Of a stretch of 32,000 nucleotides of DNA, positions 16,458-23,580 are shown one piece after another. Under the pieces are notes generated by a model. That model ran no database searches and had not been told where the DNA came from. It saw only the letters and a list, made by a program, of their open reading frames with translations. How positions within the stretch are numbered: the stretch's first letter is position 1; every line of letters starts with the position of its first letter. The stretch comes from Candidatus Nanoarchaeia archaeon (lineage in GTDB: Archaea; Nanobdellota; Nanobdellia; Woesearchaeales; JANQNC01): positions 1,140,001-1,172,000 of the forward strand of contig JANQNC010000001.1 of assembly GCA_028279745.1 (NCBI GenBank). Direction: 5' to 3'. A program made the position numbers and the translations under genes.

Positions 16458-16826
16458 ATGTTAGATGAGATAGAAGGAGTACAAGTTTGTGAAAATATAC
16501 GATTTAAGTCGGATGGAAAAACAGACTATTTAGGGATTAAAGGATTTCTTAACTTTAAGGATTATAGAAAGTTGCATGACTATTTGACTCAAGTAGGAAA
16601 AAGTGGGAAGATGGTAATAGACGTGTCTGAGTCAGAAGCGTCAAGTTCTCCGTTAATAGCATTGGTGCAGGAAGCAGAAAAGTGGTATGGTGGAAGAGCC
16701 AATTTTGTGGTTCTTGTCACCTGCGGATCAGTCACAGAAGACATGCTTAATTCGATAGGTTTCTCAGACAAACGTATGGGTTATAATGTGATGTATCCTG
16801 CACAGCTAGAAGACGTTAATTTGTAA
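16458..16826 (+). CDS. STAS-domain (SpoIIAA/anti-sigma-antagonist-like) protein 1
   Basis: The pattern YLGIKGFLNF..YRKLHDYL....GKMVIDVSESEASSSPLIALV......GGRANFVVLVTCGSVTEDMLNSIGF....MGYNVMYPAQLEDV matches the STAS layout: beta strand, helix, 'vvlDls.v.f.dSsgl', then 'l.l.g....v...l...G'. Confidence 0.55.
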   Translation: MLDEIEGVQVCENIRFKSDGKTDYLGIKGFLNFKDYRKLHDYLTQVGKSGKMVIDVSESEASSSPLIALVQEAEKWYGGRANFVVLVTCGSVTEDMLNSIGFSDKRMGYNVMYPAQLEDVNL

Positions 16827-16875
16827 CCACTAAACAGTAACATTTATATAGTAATAGTTCTTTCCGAGTGTGCAA

Positions 16876-17220
16876 ATGATAAACGAAATATGTGAAGGGG
16901 TGTCAATAAACAAAAACTGTGAGAAAGACACTTTGACTATCAGTAGATCTGTTGAGCTATCTACACTCCTTTCATTAAAAAAATACTTTGATAATAATGT
17001 ATCAAGCGGGAGAATAGTCATAGACCTAAGTGAGGTACCTTTTGGAGGGTCACACTTATGCGAGATGATCAACCAATGCAGAACTGTTTACAACGGTCAG
17101 GAAAATGTAAGATTGGTTGTCGGAGACAACGACATGCTAAGAGAAAATCTGGAAATGGTCGGATTTGGCGCGTTGTATGGGATATACACGACACTAGATG
17201 AAGCAAACGGTTATAAATAA
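16876..17220 (+). CDS. STAS-domain (SpoIIAA-like) protein 2
   Basis: Sequence TLTISRSVELSTLLSLKKYFDNNVSSGRIVIDLSEVPFGGSHLCEMI...ENVRLVVGDNDMLRENLEMVGFGALYGIYTTLDEA. ATG 16876 lies about 25 nt after a TTTATATA box; the track starts at GTG 16870. Confidence 0.55.
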   Translation: MINEICEGVSINKNCEKDTLTISRSVELSTLLSLKKYFDNNVSSGRIVIDLSEVPFGGSHLCEMINQCRTVYNGQENVRLVVGDNDMLRENLEMVGFGALYGIYTTLDEANGYK

Positions 17221-17239
17221 ACAAATTTACTAATTCTGT

Positions 17240-18403
17240 ATGGTATACGAACCAAAAGAAGACAGCTACCTGCTTTTAGAACAAGTAAAAAAATATGCAA
17301 AAGGAAACGTTCTTGAGATCGGAACTGGAAAAGGATTGCAAGCAGTAGAAGCAGCAAAGAAAGCAGAAAAAGTAATTGCAACTGATGTAGATGACGAAGC
17401 AATCAAAATCTCTAAAGAAAGAGCAAAAAAAGAAAATGTACAAATTGAGTTCTTAAAATCAGACTTATTTGAAAAAGTAGAAGGAAAATATGATCTTATA
17501 ATATTTAACGCACCTTATCTGCCGACAGACAAACGGGATCCTGATGTCGCACTTGATGGCGGAAAACATGGATATGAGTTGTTGCAGAAATTCTTGGATG
17601 ATGTAGATGATTATATGGTTGCAGAGGGGAAAGCACTAATTGTGTTTAGCTCTAAGACAAATAAGAGAAAGGTACATGAGATTCTTGATGAGAATTTGCT
17701 TGAGTACAAAGAGGCAGCAAAAAAAACAGTATTCTTTGAAGACATCTACGTTTACTTGGTTTGGAAGAGTGATCTGTTAAAAGAGTTTGAAAAGAAAGAA
17801 TTATTTGGTGTTAAGTATTTAGCAAAAGGGAAAAGGAGCAAAGTGTATTCTTGTAATGACAAAAAGTATTGCATAAAAGTTGAAGACAGTTCTTCAGGCG
17901 CAATAAACAGAGCAGTAACTGAAGCAAAATGGTTAAAAAAACTAAATCAAAAAGGTATTGGTCCAAAGTTAATTGATGCAGAAGAAAACTATATCGTTAT
18001 GGAATATGTTGAAGGAGAAAGGATAGACAAGTTCTTGGAGACTGAGAAAGATAAACAAAAGATATTTGAAGTTGTTTTGGAAGTGTTGGGGCAGTGTAAA
18101 GAACTTGATGATATGAACGTAACAAAAGAAGAGATGCATCGTCCCTTTAAACACATTATTGTCGGAGAAAAACCAGTCATGATAGACTTTGAAAGATGCC
18201 ACACAGACCTAAATTCAAAAAATGTAACACAATTTTTAGACTATTTAACAAGTGGCAAAACAAAAAAATTACTTAGAGATAAAGGGATAAGGTTAGATAA
18301 AAAAGAAGTTGTAGAACTGTCAAAAAATTATAAAGACAAGAAAGATAAAGAAACATTCAACTTAATAACACAATATTTAAATAGTCAAAAAAACAATAAA
18401 TAA
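17240..18403 (+). CDS. Fusion protein: HemK-related (archaeal type) SAM-dependent methyltransferase + small atypical protein-kinase-like domain
   Basis: N-terminal half: VYEPKEDSYLL, VLEIGTGKG (SAM motif I) and IFNAPYLP (NPPY-type motif IV). C-terminal half: YLAKGKRSKVY (Gly-rich loop), YCIKV (Lys), TEAKWL, IVMEYVEG (hinge), HRPFKHIIVGEKPVMIDFERC (catalytic and DFG-equivalent region, non-canonical). Confidence 0.7.
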   Translation: MVYEPKEDSYLLLEQVKKYAKGNVLEIGTGKGLQAVEAAKKAEKVIATDVDDEAIKISKERAKKENVQIEFLKSDLFEKVEGKYDLIIFNAPYLPTDKRDPDVALDGGKHGYELLQKFLDDVDDYMVAEGKALIVFSSKTNKRKVHEILDENLLEYKEAAKKTVFFEDIYVYLVWKSDLLKEFEKKELFGVKYLAKGKRSKVYSCNDKKYCIKVEDSSSGAINRAVTEAKWLKKLNQKGIGPKLIDAEENYIVMEYVEGERIDKFLETEKDKQKIFEVVLEVLGQCKELDDMNVTKEEMHRPFKHIIVGEKPVMIDFERCHTDLNSKNVTQFLDYLTSGKTKKLLRDKGIRLDKKEVVELSKNYKDKKDKETFNLITQYLNSQKNNK

Positions 18404-18431
18404 AGTATTCTCGAAAAAGAGACGTTTAAGG

Positions 18432-19901
18432 ATGACAAAAAAAATATTATTATTTTTGCTCATATTAGCAGTAATTCCTATTTCTATAGCATTCAAGCCG
18501 ATAACACATTATTATCTTGTCTATACCGAATGGCAAAATGAAGAGATGGCATTAGGGTCAATGATGCCAGATATAGGAAGGATAACTTACGGAGACGAGT
18601 GCCACAAATATCTGCACAGTAAACCTTTCTTAGACAACTTTAGTGAAATAGGAGAGAGTGTAGCTGAGAAAAACTTTTTCTATGGTTTTTATCATCATAC
18701 ACAGGTAGATCTGGAAGAAGAGTGGTATGCAGATGTTGAAAAAAAGAAAGAGTTAGAAAAATTACACCCAGGACTTGGAAACTACATCTATGAAGAAGCA
18801 ATAAGTTATGCAATAGAAACAATACTGATGGAAAAAGATCCTTCAATAATCAATAAGATGGTCGGATCTTTAGAAAATAAAGAATTAACGGATCATTACG
18901 CAGATGTTTTAGAACTACATGGTAAAGGAGACCTATGGAGAGTTTCAAAACTGAAGCAAACAATGCTAATATACTTATCTGCAGTTGAGTCAAAAGATTA
19001 TGAACTGATATTAGAGGAACAGACAGATCTTGACATGACAAAACAAGAATGGAACTCTTTGATTAATGATGCAATTACAATATGCAAAAAAGATGATTTC
19101 TTAAAATATATCGATTCTAAAAATAAAGGGATAGACATTCCAGGATTCAAAAAACCTTCTGTGAACCTTGCAGAGGAAAAAGATCTTTCATCAGCTCTTA
19201 AAAATGTGGTAACACAAGATGAAGGTGCAGTTAGAAACTTGATTGTCAACTATGACGAGAAGTTGTGGTTGTATTTACAAGAGAATCCAGGTAAGTTAGT
19301 TCCTTTAGCATTTGACCTGATAACGAAAAAACCCTTATTCACACTTAAGTTACTGTTTACAACACTATCTGGTTGGTTCATATTGTCAATGGGTGCAATA
19401 TTCTTGCTGTCTATATTGTACATAACTCTGACATCCTTAAGAAGATCGGGGAAAGAAAAAATATTTGGGATACCTTTGATGAGACTGTATTTGGCACATG
19501 AAAGAATGAATAAACTAAAAGTTATGCTAACAATACCAAAAACAATAATGTATATTGGGATAATGCTGTTTGTGTTCTCATTAGTTTATGATATAATATT
19601 TTATAACACGATGGTTATAGGACCAAAACAGCTGATGGGGGTAATGTTTGGGATCATAATCATAATCGGAGGGTTCTTTTTTACAGGACACTCGGAAGCG
19701 ATCATATTGTTACCAAGAAACATGCAATCATTTGCAAAATCAATATCATACGTGATACTTGCTTTGGGGTTATTGGTTGCAGTAATATCTGTATTTTATG
19801 ACACGCTTGTAGGCAGATCAGTATTCTTTGGAATAAAACAATTCATAATGCTATTAGCAGGAATACTATTGATATTTGTAGCTTATTTGATGAAAAGATA
19901 A
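18432..19901 (+). CDS. Membrane protein: N-terminal extracytoplasmic domain with zinc-dependent phospholipase C-like motifs + ~6 TM C-terminal region
   Basis: After a signal/anchor come ITHYYLV...LGSMMPDIGR...CHKYLHS...FFYGFYHHTQVDL, which matches the H...G..PD...H...G..H..D pattern of the Zn_dep_PLPC family (recalled from memory). The last ~200 aa are hydrophobic. Confidence 0.4.
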   Translation: MTKKILLFLLILAVIPISIAFKPITHYYLVYTEWQNEEMALGSMMPDIGRITYGDECHKYLHSKPFLDNFSEIGESVAEKNFFYGFYHHTQVDLEEEWYADVEKKKELEKLHPGLGNYIYEEAISYAIETILMEKDPSIINKMVGSLENKELTDHYADVLELHGKGDLWRVSKLKQTMLIYLSAVESKDYELILEEQTDLDMTKQEWNSLINDAITICKKDDFLKYIDSKNKGIDIPGFKKPSVNLAEEKDLSSALKNVVTQDEGAVRNLIVNYDEKLWLYLQENPGKLVPLAFDLITKKPLFTLKLLFTTLSGWFILSMGAIFLLSILYITLTSLRRSGKEKIFGIPLMRLYLAHERMNKLKVMLTIPKTIMYIGIMLFVFSLVYDIIFYNTMVIGPKQLMGVMFGIIIIIGGFFFTGHSEAIILLPRNMQSFAKSISYVILALGLLVAVISVFYDTLVGRSVFFGIKQFIMLLAGILLIFVAYLMKR

Positions 19902-19921
19902 AAAATTAAAGAAAGAACACG

Positions 19922-20019
19922 CAAAAATCAAAGATTTTTGGTGCAAAGAAATGCAGAGCATTTCTTGCACACAAAACAAAGTTTTGTTGTGCACAGAAAA
20001 TCTTTCAGATTTTCTTGTG
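19922..20019. terminator. Four consecutive hairpins filling the convergent intergenic space (bidirectional terminator or small structured RNA)
   Basis: A: 19922-19940 (8 bp). B: 19941-19970 (13 bp plus a bulge). C: 19971-19990. D: 19992-20019 (12 bp plus a bulge). Arms B and D are sequence-related (GCAAAGAAAT / ACAGAAAAT). Confidence 0.45.
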
Positions 20020-20946
20020 TTATCTTCTTTTCTTCTTCTGTTTCTTGATCTCTTTCTCAAGATCTAAAGAATCTAGAAGTTCTTTGTATCTGTTTCTTAT
20101 GGTTACTTCTGTAACTCCAGCAACATCAGCAACTTCTCTCTGAGTTCTTTTCTCTCCGTGGATAGAAGCTGATACATATAGAGCAGCTGCTGCAATTCCA
20201 GTAGGTCCTCTACCAGAAGTTAACTCAGCTTTCTGAGCTCTGTCTAAAATATCAACAGCTTTACTCTGAGTTTCTGCTGAAAGCTTTAGAGCTGATGCAA
20301 ATCTTGGCAAGTAATCAACAGGGTTGCTAGGCAATATTGTAATCCCAAGCTCTCTTGTGATAAACCTGTAAGTTCTACCGATCTCTTTCTTCTCAATTCC
20401 AGAAGCATCTGAAAGTTCATCTAGAGTTCTAGGTACTTCGTGTCTTCTACAAGCAGCGTATAATGCGCCTGCAACAACAGATTCCATGCTTCTACCTCTG
20501 ACAAGTCCTCTTTGAACTGCTAAAGTGTAGATTCTAGCTGACTCTTCTTCAACAGATTTAGGTAATTTAAGGTATGAAGAAACTCTTTTTAGTTCTGCAA
20601 GAGCTAACTTAAGGTTTCTTTCGATAGCAGTTGATATCCTGTACTGCCACTTTCTTAATCTAAAGAATTTATTTCTGTCTTTTCCTTCAAGACCGTATAA
20701 ATCTGACTTTTGACCTATTTCAGTTCCAAGACCTTGGTCGTATTTTGTGTATGTGGTGGGTGCTCCTGTTCTTCTTTGACCTACGTCTGAGTCTTCAAAT
20801 TCTCTCCATTCCTGGTCAAAAGAGATCATCTTATCTTCAATAACTAGACCGCAGTCTTTACAGATAACTTCTCCTTTCTCTTTGTTCCAGAACAAATTAA
20901 TTCTGCCACATTCTGGGCATTTCTTAATCATGTGATGATGTGCCAT
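20020..20946 (-). CDS. tfb: Transcription initiation factor IIB (TFB)
   Basis: N-terminal Zn ribbon CPECG...CKDCG is followed by two cyclin-like repeats (RNLKLALAELKRVSSYLKLP...; PVDYLPRFASALKLS...GRGPTGIAAAALYVSA). GGAGGT lies 8 nt before ATG 20946; the track starts at TTG 20982. Confidence 0.95.
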   Translation of the reverse strand: MAHHHMIKKCPECGRINLFWNKEKGEVICKDCGLVIEDKMISFDQEWREFEDSDVGQRRTGAPTTYTKYDQGLGTEIGQKSDLYGLEGKDRNKFFRLRKWQYRISTAIERNLKLALAELKRVSSYLKLPKSVEEESARIYTLAVQRGLVRGRSMESVVAGALYAACRRHEVPRTLDELSDASGIEKKEIGRTYRFITRELGITILPSNPVDYLPRFASALKLSAETQSKAVDILDRAQKAELTSGRGPTGIAAAALYVSASIHGEKRTQREVADVAGVTEVTIRNRYKELLDSLDLEKEIKKQKKKRR

Positions 20947-21272
20947 TTTAATAACCTCCAAAGCATCTTGTGCTTCTACCAACCCCCAAACTGTTTTTAC
21001 AATAAACTAATGATTACAATAAACTTATAAATGGGGAGTATAGGAGCTATATAAATGTTACTATTTTATAGGAAAGATTTTTAAGGTTTTGGGTGGAAAA
21101 TCTAGTGTGGGGGATTGTTTTTTCGAATTCGGAGGGGTTTTTAAGCTTTATTATATCTTTTTAAAGATAAATTGGTCATAAAATGCTTTAAAAGTTATAT
21201 ATTGTTACCAGAAACATTTAAATATCAGTCTAATACTCCTAACTGCATAAATAAGGTATAAAACAACCTAAA

Positions 21273-22058
21273 ATGAGTGGGGGCAAATATTCAGTAGGAA
21301 ACAGCACGTTATGTGTGAGCCAGTTAAGCAAAGGGATACCTCTGCCAGCATCATTTCTTGATACAATCATCACAAAATCTTTGAGAGCAGAAGAATTTGA
21401 GATAAAAAACTCAACAACTTATGCATCGGGCGGAAGCTACCTTAATGTTTCTTTAGTTGCAGAATCAGACGTTATTGTTTACATTGATAATCTAGAAGGA
21501 AGCAGAAATGCTATGGCATCAATCTACAGCTGTGTACAAGAAAAGAAAGGAAAATATCTATTGAATGCATTAAGAGATATGGGTAAAGTGATATATTCAG
21601 AGCAAGACCCAGTAGTTGTTGATAGCACCTTGGTAGGAGCTGAAAGCTATCATGATGAGATCGTATCAAAACCTTGTGTCAAAGAAGCGATAATGGTATT
21701 ATTTGGGCATGAAAGCCTTGACTTTGAAAAAACATTAGAAGGACATATGCAATCAATAATGCCTGATAAACTTAGACCGATAGACAAACCATTATCACAC
21801 GAGTTTGGATTTGGAGCTTTTACTCATCTAGTCGCATATGAGAACCAAAAAAACCCTGCAGTAATCGCAGTGCACACATATCCGGAATTTAGCTCAAGCG
21901 TGTGGAAAGCGTTCTCAGTAAATGAGTCATTCAGCACAGAAGAGTTCTTAAAAAAAGTCAGAGCAAGAGTACATCATACAGACTATAGATATATGTCTAA
22001 AGGGGTTCCAATACCAAGATATAGAAAACAAAAAAAGTTAGAAACTCAACTTATTTGA
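21273..22058 (+). CDS. AdoMetDC-like (pyruvoyl-dependent decarboxylase fold) protein with an apparent internal duplication
   Basis: Half 1 is GGSYLNVSLVAESDVIVYIDNLEGSRNAMASIYSC, compared with the class-1 AdoMetDC core G.....l.ESH..iHTwPE.g.a..d..tC. Half 2 is FGFGAFTHLVAY...PAVIAVHTYPEFSSSVWKAFSV. Motif-level reading only. Confidence 0.35.
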   Translation: MSGGKYSVGNSTLCVSQLSKGIPLPASFLDTIITKSLRAEEFEIKNSTTYASGGSYLNVSLVAESDVIVYIDNLEGSRNAMASIYSCVQEKKGKYLLNALRDMGKVIYSEQDPVVVDSTLVGAESYHDEIVSKPCVKEAIMVLFGHESLDFEKTLEGHMQSIMPDKLRPIDKPLSHEFGFGAFTHLVAYENQKNPAVIAVHTYPEFSSSVWKAFSVNESFSTEEFLKKVRARVHHTDYRYMSKGVPIPRYRKQKKLETQLI

Positions 22059-22416
22059 AAACCGTCTGGATCTTATTAGCAAACTTTAAAGGATCTTTCT
22101 TGAATAGTAAATTTGAGATGTTTATGTATGGTTTGATCTCGGTATGAATTTTCTTGAAAGCTTCTTTTCCTTTCTTTGTCAATGAAAGATTTTTGTTATC
22201 ATAAGAGATAAGTTTCATCTTCTCCAAACTTTCTAAATTTTTATACAAAGCTCTCTCTTTCTTTTTGGCTAATTTTGCTTTAATCATAATATCAATAAAA
22301 GAAACTTTAGAGATTGACAAGTCTAAAGATCTGTCCTTTATCTTCTTCTTTGCCTGCTCAAACCAAAAACCAAGAGCAAACAAGATATACTTTTGAACCT
22401 TGGTAAGGGTCTTCAT
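22051..22416 (-). CDS. Small winged-helix (MarR/PadR-like) DNA-binding protein
   Basis: Contains KVQKYILFALG...ALYKNLESLEKMKLISYDNKNLSLTKKGKEAFKK, a helix-turn-helix plus wing pattern. Confidence 0.4.
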   Translation of the reverse strand: MKTLTKVQKYILFALGFWFEQAKKKIKDRSLDLSISKVSFIDIMIKAKLAKKKERALYKNLESLEKMKLISYDNKNLSLTKKGKEAFKKIHTEIKPYINISNLLFKKDPLKFANKIQTVFK

Positions 22417-22509
22417 ACAGCGGTTATAGATTTAGTAGTTTAAAAGTTTATGTGAAAATCAAAACATTTTAAAATGTTGCTGTCAATGATATAACAAAAG
22501 AGGTGACAG

Positions 22510-23580
22510 ATGGAACTTAATAAAAAGATTTATGTAAAAAATTTTAAGAAAGAAGAATACGACTATTTTGTACTGTCGGGAGATATAGGGGGATCAAATT
22601 CAAATGTTGGTGTTAGTGGTGTAAAAGGGGACATTCCAACCTTATTATTCTCTACACACGCAGAATCAACAGATGAAGATTTCTTGGTAAATTTGGTGAA
22701 CAAGACTTTAAAGACTGCGAAAGAAGAACATGATTTGGAGATTGACACTTTATGCTTGGCAGTTGCAGGCCCAGTATCATTTGATAGGCAAAAAGTTTTT
22801 TTAACAAACGCAAAATATGAGGTGAAAGCAGATAAGATACTGAAGGACACTTATCTTAAATCAGTGATCCTTATGAATGACTTTGAAGCGGTAGCATATG
22901 CTGTCAATCTGTTAGATGTTGAGAACTCAGAACAAATAATGAAAGTCAAACACGTTAAAGTCCAAGGAAAACAACCCATAATTGCGGTCGGAGCAGGAAC
23001 GGGATTGGGAAAAAGCGTGATGGTATATGATGATGAAAAAAAGATATATGTTCCAATACCTTGTGAAGCAGGTCATTCAGACTTTCCAGTACATGGCGAG
23101 AGTGAGAATGATATGCGGAAGTTTGTACAAGAAAAAGGAGAATTTGATTATCCTGTGAGGTATGAAGACTTTTTGTCAGGAAGAGGACTAGTAAATATTT
23201 ATGATTATCTAACGATCAAAAAAGGTTATTCTGCATCAGACGAAATTAGGTCACCCAAAGACATATCTCGTCTGAGAGATGAGGATGAGACTTGTAAAGA
23301 AGTGTTTAGGATATTTGTTAAGTTCTACGCAAGAGCGATAAAGAACTTTGTTTTAGGAGATCTAGCAAGGGGGGGAGTATTTATTGCAGGTGGGATAGCT
23401 GCAAACAATAAAGAGATATTCACTTCAGAAGACTTCTTTGAAGAACTGTATGATAATGGAAAATATGTTGAGATACTTAAACAAATACCAATTTATGTAA
23501 TGGCAGATTACGATCTGAGCTTATTAGGTGGTGCTTTAGCTGCAGTAAAAAGACAAGACTTAGCAATAAAAAAATCATAA
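22510..23580 (+). CDS. glk: Glucokinase, bacterial Glk family
   Basis: Motifs: LSGDIGGSNSNVGV (phosphate-1), MNDFEAVAY, GAGTGLG, EAGHSDF, GGVFIAGGIA. AGGTG lies upstream of the ATG. Confidence 0.75.
   Translation: MELNKKIYVKNFKKEEYDYFVLSGDIGGSNSNVGVSGVKGDIPTLLFSTHAESTDEDFLVNLVNKTLKTAKEEHDLEIDTLCLAVAGPVSFDRQKVFLTNAKYEVKADKILKDTYLKSVILMNDFEAVAYAVNLLDVENSEQIMKVKHVKVQGKQPIIAVGAGTGLGKSVMVYDDEKKIYVPIPCEAGHSDFPVHGESENDMRKFVQEKGEFDYPVRYEDFLSGRGLVNIYDYLTIKKGYSASDEIRSPKDISRLRDEDETCKEVFRIFVKFYARAIKNFVLGDLARGGVFIAGGIAANNKEIFTSEDFFEELYDNGKYVEILKQIPIYVMADYDLSLLGGALAAVKRQDLAIKKS

Noticed and set aside
18432-19901. The multi-TM protein as the missing archaeosortase for the PEF-CTERM-like proteins.
   Set aside because: The TM region contains no cysteine at all, whereas archaeosortases use a catalytic Cys with conserved Arg and His. 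The N-terminal domain looks like a metal hydrolase instead.
20947-21272. The 326-nt spacer upstream of tfb, with several G-runs (ggggag, gggtgg, tgggggatt, ggagggg), examined for a C/D-box sRNA or another ncRNA.
   Set aside because: I could find no C box (RUGAUGA) and D box (CUGA) pair, no convincing extended helices and no tRNA-like features. The region is most simply two divergent promoters plus the tfb 5'UTR. A covariance or RNA-seq check would still be worthwhile.
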